Shown: positions 1-13,077 of the stretch, piece by piece
How positions within the stretch are numbered: position 1 is the first letter of the stretch
How the letters are laid out: the number at the start of each line of letters is the position of its first letter
Assembly: GCA_951406725.2 (NCBI GenBank)
Contig: OX597815.1
Span: 72,478,001-72,542,000, forward strand
Reading direction: 5' to 3'
DNA from: Octopus vulgaris
Taxonomy: Eukaryota
Length of the DNA: 64,000 nt
Made by a program: the position numbers and the translations under genes
Notes under the pieces: generated by a model
Databases searched by the model: none
Told to the model about the DNA's origin: nothing
What the model saw: the letters and a program-made list of their open reading frames with translations, nothing else

Positions 1-1762
1 TGGTTTTGTTGTTTCATTTGATTTGGGAATTAAGATGGTTTTCCCCTTCGTGAGCCATTCAGGCATTGTCTCTGGCTCTGCTAGTATGCTGTTAAAGTTT
101 TCAGCCAGCTTTTTGTGCATTCCTGTTAGATATTTCAACCAGAAGTTGGGGATCTTGTCATGCCCAGGTGCCTTCCAGTTGCTTAGTTTTTGCAGTGCCT
201 GGGTGACCTCTTCAGTTGTTATGGGGTCCAAAGTTGTTCAGATGCCGAGTTTGTTATTTTGATACTCCTTTTTTTTGGCTGTTCGTTCGCCGACCATATT
301 TCTCTCCAGAATTCTTCCAATTCTTCTGCCGTTGGTGCTGCAGTGACTTCTATTTTATTTTTGCCCAGTTCTTGGTAGAACTTTTTGGGGTCGGAGTTGA
401 ACCTTTTGTTCTGTTCAAAGAAGCGTTGGCGTTTCTCGTACCGGCGGATCCTTTGAGCTTTGACAAGGATATCTTGCTTCAGCTTTTCTTTTATCTCCGG
501 CAAATCTTTTTCTGTGATGTTATATTTGCGGAGCATTTTTGTTCTCTTTTTGTTGCTTAGTAGCGTTGCTTGTTTGCTGATTTCATTAAGAATCGACAGG
601 TCTTTTCTAATTTTTTAAATTTTGTTTTGGATGTTATTTATCCACAGGGTTTGTTTGGGTGGTGGTACTCCTGTTTGGGCGGGTTTGGGTGAGTATCCAG
701 CTTCTTTTGTGGCTGCAGTGGCTGCTGCGTATATCAAGTCATTTAGTTCAGTGATATCACTTTTTTTTGTTTCAGTGGCTAGTTCAGTGACTGCTAGGTT
801 TATGTTGTTTATAATTGGTGTTGTTATTGCGTTTATTTTTATTCTTGGGAGGTATGGTCGGTGGTCCATTTTGGGCTCTGTGGTTTTCAGTTCTTTGATT
901 ATCTTATTTTTCATATTATCATAATCATTAGGCTCCCCTTCGTTGTTTACATCGTGTTTGTTGGGAATGTTGCATTTGTCTTCGTGTTTTACAGTTTCAG
1001 TGTTTATATTATTGGGCATTGTTGTGTGGCTTCTATCTACATTTTCCTGGTGTATTTTTTCTTTTAAATGTTCTATTTCTATTTCTGATATTTTTTTTGT
1101 CTTTGAGAATGTATCTTCGTACGTTGGCTAATTTATTATCCAAGTCTATATCTCTATTATTTTCCTTCCATATTTTATATGTATGTGTTGTTGTATTTTC
1201 ATTTTGTGGGTAGAGCATTGCTGTGAAGTATGCGTGTAAGATAGAAATGTATTCCTCACGTGTCCATTTACGTCTTTTGGGTTTTAATTGCGGGACATGA
1301 GGTACAACGTCCGGCCCATTATTTTGACGGTCGTCATTTTCGTAGGGTACCGGTCCGTTTATTTCTGTTGTCACATTATTTCGCACGTGTAGTTTTTCGT
1401 ACATTTTTTGTTGTAGGTTTAATGTACGTACCGCTCGATTGTTATTCTTGGGTTGAATAGTATCGGTGGCATTTAATTTCTTCGTAGTTCCTTTGTACAT
1501 AGTGTTTGAGGTCGGGGATGATCGTGTTGTTCCACGCATGTTTACATGTGTTGTGTTAGAGGTGGAGATAATATCGAGTCAAAATACATCATTTCGTTTC
1601 GAAAATAGTAATAAATTTCAATTAGTATTACTTACTCGGATATAGTCCAATTCTTTGTTAGCAAATCTTTGGCTCCATAGGGTGTCCTTGTTTTCGATGT
1701 TTGTGGATAGATTTCGGAGCTCTGTATTTTCCTTCTTACATCTTAAACGTCCCCGGTGTCTC
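1..1762 (-). mobile_element. R4/Dong-clade non-LTR retrotransposon, 5' part, frameshifted (continues beyond the window start)
   Basis: Minus-strand pieces 1033-1539 (KRRKWTREEYISILHAYF), 615-1019 (ELNDLIYAAA), 219-536 (QNKRFNSDPKKFY..LEEFWREIWS) and 1-190 (NWKAPGHDKIPNFWLKYL..PEWLTKGKTILIPK, RT domain 0/1). The 5' end abuts (TAA)n. Confidence 0.85.
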
Positions 1763-1860
<98 letters not shown>

Positions 1861-1861
1861 T
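1763..1861. repeat. (TTA)n microsatellite
   Basis: Perfect trinucleotide run. Confidence 0.97.
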
Positions 1862-2085
1862 AAGGTGGCGAGCTGGCAGAATCGTTTGCACGTTGGACAA
1901 AATGCTTAGCAGCATTCCGTCCGCCTTTATCTTCTGATTTCAAATTCCGTCATGGTCGACTTTGCCTTTCATCCTTTTGGGGTCGATACATATATAGTGC
2001 CAGGGAAACACTGGGTTCGATGAAATCGACTTCTCCCTCACCCCCAAATTTCAGTCCCTGTGCCTTTAATAGAAAGGATTATTAT
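1862..2085 (+). mobile_element. tRNA-derived SINE, family A (MESC/Meta-like central domain)
   Basis: Head AAGGYGGCGAGCTGGCAGAATCGTT and central GACTTTGCCTTTCATCC..GGGGTCGAT; recurs many times in the window. Confidence 0.8.
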
Positions 2086-2589
2086 TAATGTTTTTATTCT
2101 TATTTCTGCAGTTGTTTCTAGGCCATCGACTGACCGTAAAGGCTCCTGTGTTGGCTCCCGGTGACAAATTTTTAACGTATCTAACGCCATAACAACACGG
2201 TAACAATATACAAAATAATATACGTTTACAAACAAAATAACCAAATTATGATGAAAAGAAACTAGTTTGATTTCTTTAGAAAATACGATAAAATAAAATA
2301 GGTAGATAACTAAATACATAAAAATTCCCCATTTTATGTCAACATTAGGAACTGTGTCACTGAAGAAAACCGGGCCGGGTTTCACTGAATGAGAAGAAGA
2401 TATCTGTTTCCGAGACAGTTTTGTTCCATTAAATAAAACCGAACTTGAACAGCCGTAATAACAATTGGAAGTGTATAGGAGCGAATGAGTGGTGATAGGA
2501 GTGGGATCTGTGTTCTTACATTACAATGTTGTATCGTTCCTGTCATTTTCTTTTGAGAGCGTGTAAGAACGATGTAAAGTAAATGTCCA

Positions 2590-2598
2590 TTGTATGTA

Positions 2599-2629
<31 letters not shown>

Positions 2630-2905
2630 TTTTGTGTGTGTGTGAGTGTACGTATATATGTATATGTATATACATGCGCATACATACATATTTATAAATA
2701 TATATGTACATACATATATAAGTACAGATATACACGCACGAACACACAAACACACACACATACACACACGCATACACACACGCATACACTGTCTATGTGT
2801 ATGTTTGCATTTAAAAGTATGTCTGTATGTGAATGAATGAATGAATGCATGCGTGTGTGTATGTGCATGTATACGTGAGTGTGTGTGTACGTGCGTGTGT
2901 GCTTC

Positions 2906-2961
<56 letters not shown>

Positions 2962-3074
2962 ATATATATACATACATGGGCGAATGTGCATCTATGTATG
3001 TGCTGCACACGCATATGTACGTACGTATATACACGCACATACGCGCGGGCACACACAGACGTGCGCGCGCACGC

Positions 3075-3127
<53 letters not shown>

Positions 3128-3130
3128 TAT
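2590..3130. repeat. Compound (TG)/(CA)/(TA)/(CATA) microsatellite
   Basis: Direct reading. Confidence 0.95.
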
Positions 3131-3355
3131 TTCTTAGCTTTCCTGTGTGACCCTTCTGTCTGGCAGTCGCCATGATAGATCGGTAGCCACTACACACATT
3201 TTTCTCTCTTTGTTTCTTTATGTGTTCCTTTCTATGGAAGAGCGTAGGCTCGAAACGTAAAAGACGTTTTCAATTCCCGAGCGTGATACTAATACATCCG
3301 TTTGTTTTCTACACCATCTGTCTTCGTTTTTTGTTTTTTTCGTGAATTCTCCCCT
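3131..3355 (+). mobile_element. Penelope-like terminal (pLTR) remnant with minimal hammerhead-like motif
   Basis: Related copies at 5677-5880 and about 21650-21875. All carry GAAGAGCGYAGGYTCGAAACGTA and sit in TA/CA microsatellites. Confidence 0.55.
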
Positions 3356-3693
3356 ATATATATATATATATATATGCGTGTGTGTGTGTATGTATGTGTG
3401 TGTGTGAGTGTGTGTGTGTGTGTGTGTGCGTGTGTGTGTATATATGTATATACATATATGCATACATACATTCATACAAAACAGCCGACAACTGATGAAG
3501 GGTCGTTTTTTATGTTGCGTGTCTTGTTTTCCATTTGTTTCCTTCGTCGTTCGCTATAAGTTCAATTTCAAATGCATTCGTATTTCGTATTCCATATTTT
3601 CATATTTTATGTTGTTTGTGTTCTGTGACGTCCTGTGCCCACATATGCATATGTATATACGTATATATGTATGTACATATACGTATGTATATA

Positions 3694-3764
<71 letters not shown>

Positions 3765-3766
<2 letters not shown>

Positions 3767-4712
3767 ATAAAACGGTAAGATAACAAAAGAAGAAAGAGAC
3801 CTCAATATTATGTAAATAGAGGAAATTTATCTATACAATATGTTACATTACTCGGTAGTCAAGATAAAACTCTGAGTTTCAGATGCCGAAGTGGAAATCC
3901 ACAACACCATCTCTTCGGTTATCTGGCTATTTGAAAACGTTATGAAAAAATACCGTTAAAAATGAAGGGAAATTACTCTGTTATAACTCTGCTTTGCCTG
4001 CGTACTTATACATCGCTCGCATTTTTCGTCATAAAAATTATATAAAAATACATAAAAATATATAAAAATATATAAAAATATATAAAAATATATAAAATCT
4101 TCTTGGGACATAACACAGAAAGCATGTTCTATCCGTTTTCTTTAGGGGACCAAAAACGTAACAGAAATTTAGTCACATGTGGGCATGATCCGAAAAGTTC
4201 TGTCCTTGTATTTAGACATGTGGTAGGGTCTAAGCTGCTTTTCCAGATAAGCCATCTCTCCATGTCGCATAAACCGCACCTTCCGCTGCCGTTAGTATAG
4301 GGCTTACATCTGGCCAAAATCTTCCATTGTATGTTATAATCGACACCTTTATCTCTTAAAGACCAAATATGCCCACATGTGACTAAATTTCTGTTACGTT
4401 TTTGGTCCCCTAAAGAAAACGGATAGAACATGCTTTCTGTGTTATGTCCCAAGAAGATTTTATATATTTTTATATATTTTTATATATTTTTATGTATTTT
4501 TATATAATTTTTATGACGAAAAATGCGAGCGATGTATAAGTACGCAGGCAAAGCAGAGTTATAACAGAGTAATTTCCCTTCATTTTTAACGGTATTTTTT
4601 CATAACGTTTTCAAATAGCCAGATAACCGAAGAGATTGTGTTGTGGATTTCCACTTCGGCATCTGAAACTCAGAGTTTTATCTTGACTACCGAGTAATGT
4701 AACATATTGTAT

Positions 4713-4717
<5 letters not shown>
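3765..4717 (-). mobile_element. Penelope-like element 3' end (GIY-YIG C-terminus) with inverted terminal duplication
   Basis: Minus ORF part HIWSLRDKGVDYNIQWKILARCKPYTNGSGRCGLCDMERWLI..LNTRTELFGSCPH. Arms 3828-4186 and 4369-4717 are near-perfect reverse complements. Confidence 0.8.
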
Positions 4718-4751
<34 letters not shown>

Positions 4752-5309
4752 AATATTCACGTTCGTGTGTTCACCGCGTAAGCTATATAAATAAATAATG
4801 CAAGAACGAAGAACTGTACAACTAAGCTGGCAGAACGAAAAACCCCTTTTTTCTCCTCTTTGAGCCTTTTTTTTTTTTTTTGAGAACTTTTGAATTTACT
4901 TGTTTGCATTAAACGTAATCACTTTTTATATTTGCTAAAATACAAGAGCGTGGGAAGGGAGGAAGAGTGGAGGAGAAAGTGGGAGAGACAGAGAAAGAAA
5001 GAGAGAGAAAGAGTAAACACACAATAGGAGTAAACATCACAGATAATAATTCAAGATGATATCTTTAAACAGGACCCATACTCTCGGTGAAAATCTGTTA
5101 AAGTTGAAATGTGACAAGCTTTTAGCATCTCTGGAAAAATGGCAACGCATACATAAGCAATGCAATAATGTTCAGAAGTTTGCTTCCCAAACACATGATT
5201 TCGGATTCAGTCCAACTATGATGTACCTTCGGCAAGTGTCCTCTACTATAACTTCGAGTCGATCAAAAGCCTTGCGCGTAGGTCTGGTAGACGGAAACTG
5301 AAAAAAAGT

Positions 5310-5430
5310 TTATGGTGTGCAGAGTCTTGTTGCTATGCATAGGGTCTTCCAGCAGCCACCCTCATGACAAACAGCAGCACTATCTCCTCCAAGAACTTGA
5401 TGTAGGCTTTGGTGTTGACTCTGAGACTGT
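5310..5430 (-). mobile_element. Short Tc1/mariner transposase fragment
   Basis: Aligns by eye to 42214-42325 (ATGGTG..AGAGT..TTG..CATAGGGTCTTCCAG..CTCCTCCAAGAACTTGA..TAGGC). Confidence 0.6.
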
Positions 5431-5676
5431 GTGGGAAGAATGGAGGCATAACTTTCCAAAATTCCAATATGTATATTATTGGTTGTTTTTGTGTTTAGTT
5501 CAAATAAAAACAATTTTACATTAATCTGAAGGATTACTCCATAGTTTTCTAGAGTAGACATTTATTATTCGTAAACAAGAATAGTATTGATAGTGACTTC
5601 GAAGTTTCTGCCAGCTAAGCCATTACTGGACTATGTGCGCATGTGCGCGCGCGTATATATATATATATATATATAC

Positions 5677-5880
5677 GCCATTATAGATCGTTAACAACTA
5701 CACACATTTTTTCTCTCATTGTTTTCTGTGTCCCTTTCTGTAGAAGAGCGTAGGCTCGAAACGTAAATGACTTTTTCTATTCCTGAGCGTTATACTAATA
5801 CAGATGTTTGTTTTGTACACCACCTGTCTTCGTCTTTTGTTGTTTTTTTCGTAAACTCTCCCTGTTTTTTCGTAAACTGG
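5677..5880 (+). mobile_element. Penelope-like terminal remnant, second copy
   Basis: Matches 3170-3355. Confidence 0.55.
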
Positions 5881-5969
5881 AAAACATAAAACATATACTC
5901 ACGCACACACATATATATATTCATATATATACATATATGTACATGATAGATAGATAGATAGATAGATAT

Positions 5970-6012
<43 letters not shown>

Positions 6013-7229
6013 TGTTTCTTTATTAGCCACACAGGGCTGCACACAGATAGAACAAATTACAAGGTAGAGCTTTTCTTTTGAAGGTTTAAAAAAAAAAAAA
6101 AAAAAAAAAAAAGGAAGGGGGAGTTTCGATCAAAAGGGATCGTAAAAGGAGAGAAAGAGGACAAAAAAAAGGGGGGTTAAAAAAAAAGGGGGAGAGGAAA
6201 AAAAAAAAAAAAAAAATTGATCAATAGGGATCGTTATCACAGAAATGTCAATATGAAGTGTAAAGGGGAGGACAGGTGAGGTTTACCCGTGGAAAGAAAA
6301 GCCTACGGAAAAGACCACGGTAACCTCGGTCAATGAAGTCACATTTTATATTTCTTTTTTTTTTTTTTGCAAATAAGCAACTCTCTGTTTTCGATTTCTG
6401 GGTTCATAGGACTATGCTCAAGGTGGCTTCGTCATTCATACGTGCCATTCTTGCTACATTCACCCATCTTTTTTTAAAACATTCGCTAGACAAAACTTGC
6501 CTCTCTACTCTCACTTTCCTTTTCAAGTGGTACTTGAAGAAGTTGATGAGAGATTGACCAGAGAGGAAAGTGTTTGTCTCCAATCCTTTCAGACGCGTCC
6601 ACCAGATACATTCTTTCGCCATAGCCACAAGGATGATGAAAATAGCTCTTCCTTCCCGTTTGAAGGAAGGAGGCGTGACAATATTGACGATAGACTCAGC
6701 TGATAAACCGACTCGTCCCACACGTGACAGCAGTTGTTCGACATAAGCCCACAGGTCGGAAATTGTTGGACACTGAACGAGTGCGTGCAGAACGGTTTCG
6801 TCGCTCTGACCGCATCTCGGGCAGGTCGGCCCCGTGTTTCTCGAGCCGTGTCTGTAGAGCTTATCCCGAACGGGTAGCGCTTCTCGGTAGCACTGCCAGG
6901 CCAGGGATCTCTGGAAGTTGTCCATGGGCCCTGGCCCGAAAGTCGTCCTGAACAGGCGGGTCAGGTACTCCTCGTCGACGTCCAGGTTCGCCCCGAGCTC
7001 GTCGTCGTACCTCCCCTCCACTAAACCCCTATAGAATGCTTTGGTTGTGTTGAAGTCACTTAAGGTCGACCCAGGACGGCAGAGTTGCTTGAGAGCAACG
7101 CGACACTCGCGGTGCCATTCGCCCTTCCTCGGCCTCTTTTTGATCCACGACTGCAGTTCGGTCATGGAGACGAGCTGCGGGAAAGCGTGCCTCACAAACG
7201 GCGACCACACCTGTTCACCGTCGTCTACA
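6013..7229 (-). mobile_element. 5'-truncated Tx1/L1-clade LINE (ORF2 C-terminus plus 3' UTR)
   Basis: ORF 6404-7210 has a zf-RVT-like region (LAWQCYREALPVRDKL..CPRCGQSDETVLHALVQCP). The 3' end GGCTAATAAAGAAACA runs into (ATCT)n. Both flanks are (GATA)n. Confidence 0.88.
6404..7210 (-). CDS. Tx1-type ORF2 C-terminal portion (zf-RVT CCHC region), open but 5'-truncated
   Basis: Uninterrupted 268-aa frame with CxxC-x7-HxxxxC motif. Confidence 0.75.
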   Translation of the reverse strand: MWSPFVRHAFPQLVSMTELQSWIKKRPRKGEWHRECRVALKQLCRPGSTLSDFNTTKAFYRGLVEGRYDDELGANLDVDEEYLTRLFRTTFGPGPMDNFQRSLAWQCYREALPVRDKLYRHGSRNTGPTCPRCGQSDETVLHALVQCPTISDLWAYVEQLLSRVGRVGLSAESIVNIVTPPSFKREGRAIFIILVAMAKECIWWTRLKGLETNTFLSGQSLINFFKYHLKRKVRVERQVLSSECFKKRWVNVARMARMNDEATLSIVL

Positions 7230-7230
7230 T

Positions 7231-7338
<108 letters not shown>

Positions 7339-7936
7339 ACGCTGTTCATAAACATAAAAGGAATAAACAGCTGTTGTATCTAAAGCGGTAATAAAGCTTC
7401 AGCAAGTCTTAAATAAACAAATAACTATTTATTCTAATCTGGTTTATGTTATTATATGCACGAATGTGTTCTTGCTCCTTTTGAGTTGTATAAAGGAATA
7501 CTCAGGGATATTTCTCCACATTTGTTCTCTTATCGCTCCTCTATCCGCACAAATAGCAATAAAACTTGATATCGGTGTGTTGGCACGTTGCTTGAGGTGG
7601 AACGCTTACAACTACTCTAACCCCGAAAAATAAAGTTGGACGGAGGACTTGCAATGACATTAAAATAATAGCCAAAAGCAGCTACCGACAAGAGAAAAGG
7701 AGAAAGAACTGGAGATGTGTAGAAAGAAGGAAGGATGAAAAGAGAAAAATGAAATAGTGAGTCTGATAAACATCTGGAAAGGTGGAGAATACAGGGTAGG
7801 CGCCAAGGCTGTCATCGTTTGTTTCCTCTGTGTCTAAAAACCATTTCTGAGATGATGCAATTCTTGATCTGAGTTTTGAATCCTTCACTCTGTACATAAA
7901 CTACTCTATGAAGAAATCATATGAACTCAACCTTCG

Positions 7937-7937
<1 letters not shown>

Positions 7938-7967
<30 letters not shown>

Positions 7968-8510
7968 CATACATACATACATACATACATACATACATAC
8001 ATACATACATGCATGCATGCATGCATACATACATACATACATACATACATACATACATACATACATACATACATACATACATACATACATACATACATAC
8101 ATACATACATACATACATACGAACGTACGTACATACGTACGTACATACATACATACATACATACATACATACATACTACAACCCAGAGATGGAGCCTTGT
8201 ATCTTTGTTGGAAACCGGTTCCCTCCTCAGTGGAAGATTTATAATAATTAAAAATAGAACATACATACAAACATACATACATGCATACATACAAACATGC
8301 ATATATACATACACACATAAGCATACATACATAAATACATACATACATACACACAAACATACAAACATACATATATACATACATACACACACATAAACAT
8401 ACATACATGTTTACATACTTAAATACATACATACATACATACATACATACATACATACATACATACATACATACACACAAACATACATACACACAAACAT
8501 ACAAACATAC
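7938..8510. repeat. (TACA)n microsatellite with a unique island at about 8176-8258
   Basis: Direct reading. Confidence 0.93.
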
Positions 8511-8631
8511 AAGGCTTGTCCATGTAGATGTTTATATACAACCACATGGTTCCGGGGAAGTGTTTTTCTACTACAGCCTCAAGCCGACCAAAGGCCTTGT
8601 GAGTGGATTTGGGAGTCGGAACTCAAAGAAA

Positions 8632-8679
<48 letters not shown>

Positions 8680-8832
8680 GTGTGTATGCGTACATTAACG
8701 TTTGTATATGTATCTAGATATCTGAACTTCGAGCATATGCAACATGTGCATAAATATGTGTATCAGCATGCATGCTTGCGCTTATACGGTCGTGCATAAA
8801 TGCATGCATCTGCACAGATGGATGGATGGATG

Positions 8833-8874
<42 letters not shown>

Positions 8875-8875
8875 C

Positions 8876-8977
<102 letters not shown>

Positions 8978-9312
8978 GTAGGGGAGTTCTTTTGTTCGAT
9001 AAGAATAATTCAGCTCCCATCTACCAGATTCACTCACGATGTATTGGTCGCTCCGGGGGTTATTTTAGAAGACATTTGCACTGGGTGATGCGCAATGGGA
9101 TTGAACCCTAAACCACGAAGCCATGTTGTAGCAGTACCTTGAAGTCCAATAAATCGTTTTTAGTATTTGTTAAGCTTGGTATACTGTCAGTTACTTTTGC
9201 AGAGCCACCGAATTACAGGGATGTAAACAAACCAACACCATTGTCATGTGGTTCTGAGACAAACACCCAGCGCACAAGCGCATACACTCACAAACACACG
9301 CACGCACGCATA

Positions 9313-9376
<64 letters not shown>

Positions 9377-9810
9377 CACACACACACACACACGCACGCA
9401 CGGATACATACACCACACACACACCCAATCGCCGGACGTCCACAGATTGTCCGTTTACCAAATTCACTCGCAAAGCGTTGATCAGAATATGGAATAATAG
9501 AACACACTTGTTCAAGGCCTCGTGCGGTGGGATTGAACCCAAAACCGTATGCTTTCAAGTCGAACTTAGGGCCACCCATCCGATAGACAAATATACCTGC
9601 ATCAACACATTGCAACCACTGACTTACAGGTGTACAGATTGCGTAATATCAAACTTACGTCATTTCTACGGAATAGGCTGGAAAGTTCATAGGTTGACTA
9701 TGAAGGAGTGATGCTAGAGCTGTGAAATTTTGCAAACATTAATTTCGACTCTTAGGCCTTTTTCTTTAACCAATAAAGTAGGGGTCCTTATTTTAGCTTA
9801 TCTGATGGGA

Positions 9811-10060
9811 TTAACGGAAAATATTGCCTCTAACAACATAGAAACATTTTTCATGGCACCAGAAGACAAAATGTAAAAAGGCGTTGTTCCGAATGATGGC
9901 GAAGGAGATGCACTGGAACAACCACCTTGACTCACGGGGCTCACACTTGTGGATAGCCATCTCTGCCCCGATAGTAGTGAGCGGGGATATGGTCCAGGGG
10001 TCAAGAGCATCAAAGGCCTGAGCTACCACAGGATCGAGCATAAACCTCTCGGAGAGCGAC
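9811..10060 (-). mobile_element. CRE-clade non-LTR retrotransposon 3' fragment (restriction-like endonuclease tail), degenerate
   Basis: ..TTIGAEMAIHKCEPRESRWLFQCISFAIIRNNAF resembles the CRE C-terminal IGxxxxxxxGEPRExxFLFQRISxAIQRGNA motif. Confidence 0.6.
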
Positions 10061-10453
10061 CGATACCTTGACAGTTGTATAATCTTTTATTAATAACTAC
10101 ATTGTTTCTTTCCAAGTAAACAGGCATCTCACTGTTCAGTGAAGGCTTCAACAGTAACTAGTCGCGACTTCTTCTCTAAACAACTAAACTGCGTAGCATC
10201 CGATACACCAGATTCATCATCACCTCATCTTCTCACCACGTTCATTATATTTAAACCAGTCATGACTCAGCTCTAAAATATTTCCTTCCATCGTTAGTAC
10301 AGAGAACTGATTTTCTCTGTTTACCTATGTTTTCCTCTGTAGGATGAGGCTTAACAGTAATGGCATTGATCTCTTTACCAATCATACACAGGGAGAGATT
10401 CAAAGACCATTGGCGCCACGCTTCTTCAAATAACAAATAAAAAAGCGATACCC

Positions 10454-10523
<70 letters not shown>

Positions 10524-10894
10524 ATACATACATACATACATACATACATACATACATACATACGTACGTACGTACGTACATACATACGTACATACATACA
10601 TACATACATACATACATACATACATACATACATACATACATACATACATACATACATACATAACCTTTGAATATGGAATGTGCACAACTAATATCCGTAA
10701 ACGAAAACGTACTGAAATTATTTATTGATGATAAAACCAATTAACTTCAATAGGTTTTGATGACATAAAAGCTACCACAAATATTCACAATAAACCAGAA
10801 TTCAGACTTTGGATGTCATTATGTTTCTGCTGTTTAGAATGGAAAAAAAAAAAGAGAGAAATAAAAGACTTTTTTCCTCCTTTCTATGAAATCA

Positions 10895-11735
10895 TGGCTT
10901 GAAATTTTGGTTTAAAAATGTTAACAATTTTGAAGGAGGGGATAGTCGATTGCATCGATGCCGGTGATCAACTTGTATTTATTTTATGGACCACCAAAAG
11001 GATGAAAGACAAGGTCAATCTCAGTGGAATTTGAGCTCTGAACTTAAAGAGTCAAAAAAGAAAAATAATACCGCAACGCATTTTGTCCTGCGTGCAAACA
11101 ACTCTACCATCTCGCAGCCTTAAGCCTGGCAGAATTTCGAATTTTGGCACAAGACCAGGAATTGTAAGGGAAAGGGTCAGTCGATTACATTGACCTCAAA
11201 GATGCAAGGCAAAATTGACATCGACGGTATTTGAACTCAGGACATAAAGAGCTGCAGAAATGCATCTAACCGATGCGTCAACGGTTCTACCAATCCACTG
11301 CTAATAATAATAATTCTTTCTACTATAATCACAAGGCCTGAAATTTTGGGGAAGGGACAAGTCGATTACGTCGGCCCTAGTACTTAATTAGTACTTTATT
11401 TTATCAACCCCGAAAGGATCAAAAGCAAAGTCGACCTCAGTAGAATTTGTACTCAAAATGTAAAATCGGACGCAATGCTGCTAAGCGTTGTGTCTGGTTT
11501 GCTAATGATTCTACAAGTTCACCGCCTTACTATTAATAATTGTTTCAATTTTGGCACAAAGCCAGCAATTTCAGGCCTGGGGTAAGTCGATTACATCGAC
11601 CCCAGTGCTCAATTGCTACTTATTTTACCGACCCCGAAAGGATGAAAGGCAAAGTAGACCTCGGCGGAATTTGAACTGAGAGCGTAAAGACGGACGAAAT
11701 GCCGCTACGCGTATTGGCTGTCGAACCGCCTTACT
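10895..11735 (-). mobile_element. Cluster of 4-5 head-to-tail family A SINE copies
   Basis: Repeated GTCGATTACATCGACCCC..GAAAGGATGAAAGGCAAAGTCGACCTC..GAATTTGAACTCAG units. Confidence 0.75.
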
Positions 11736-12847
11736 ACTAATAACAATAAGATTGAAGTGAGAGTGGAAATTTAAAAAAGAACAACAATAAAAACAATAAG
11801 CACCATTAGTATCACCATTACCAACAACAATAACAGCCACAAACAAGTCCATTAACAGAATTAGCTAACACAACTGCACCTCAACAATAACAGAAACCAT
11901 AATAACATTATCATCAGTGAATCCATTTGGAAAATATTAATCGTCAAACCAGCTGTATTAGAGCGAGATGGAGGGGGTAATGGTACTGTTGATCCGTTGA
12001 TCCTGGCATCGACACCGATCAACTTTGAATCAGATTAAAAGCCTGTCTCTATCGTTCGTTTGACTTCTACAATTCGTGTTTTTTTAAGCATCTCAACTGA
12101 GCCGTGCCGTAATTGTTGCCATTAGTCGTGTCGTAATTATCATTAGTATTGTTGTTGTTGTTGTTGTTTGTGAAGATCATATGCACTTAATGATATGGAA
12201 TAATGAAGGCCAGAAATTTTGGTGCAAATGTTTAAATAGGCAGAGAGTGTGTTTTTGTTTTAATCTTCAATTGACAACATTTTTCGTTGTTTCTCAGAGT
12301 TATTTTTGTTGTTGTTGTTGTTGTATGTGTGTGATTCCTCCTTCTATCCCCACCAACCATTATCCCCTCCTTCAGCTTCCCTTTCACCTCTTTATCTCCT
12401 TCTTCATAGTTCTTCGTACTTTTCTTAATTTTTTTCTCGTCTTTCCCTTCATTTTTCTTATGCTTGAGGCAGCTTATTTTTCCCCACATCTCTCTCTCTC
12501 TTCTTCTATCTCTCTCTCCCTCTCTCTCTCCCTCTCTCTCCTCCTCTCTCTCTTTCTTGATCATTAATAATATAAATATTACTATAAAACAGTAGCTGGC
12601 AAAGTCGGTACAGCGATGGGGTAAAAAAAGAAAGAATAAATTGATTCTGTCCATTCTTAGTTCGAATCCCAGCGTGGTTTAATTTGCTTTTTTTGTTTTT
12701 TTTGTTTTTCACCTCCAAGTGTCGCTAGAACATAAATACGAATCAAGAATATAATCGACAATCTTACTAAATATGATCCCTTACCTATATCAAACATATC
12801 TGTAAAAGTATTAATATTTTCTGCTCTTCTGTCTCCTTCCCTTCCTC

Positions 12848-12888
<41 letters not shown>

Positions 12889-12970
12889 TTCCCTCTCTCA
12901 CACTTTCACTGATTTCTAAAAATTCCTCCGTTTCATATTTCCTATCACAACAGATTTCTTACTTCCAATA

Positions 12971-13007
<37 letters not shown>

Positions 13008-13040
13008 CTCTCTCTCCCTCCCTCTCTCTATCTATCTATC

Positions 13041-13077
<37 letters not shown>

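Noticed and set aside
1600-1762. HDV-like ribozyme at the Dong 5' end
   Set aside because: Could not build P1-P4 pairings by eye.
3492-3520. CTGATGAAG hammerhead core half
   Set aside because: No stem II closure or GAAA follows.
2382-3805. Many ORFs rich in YI, HT, CV or MYVC (here and throughout the window)
   Set aside because: They are translations of di- and tetranucleotide microsatellites.
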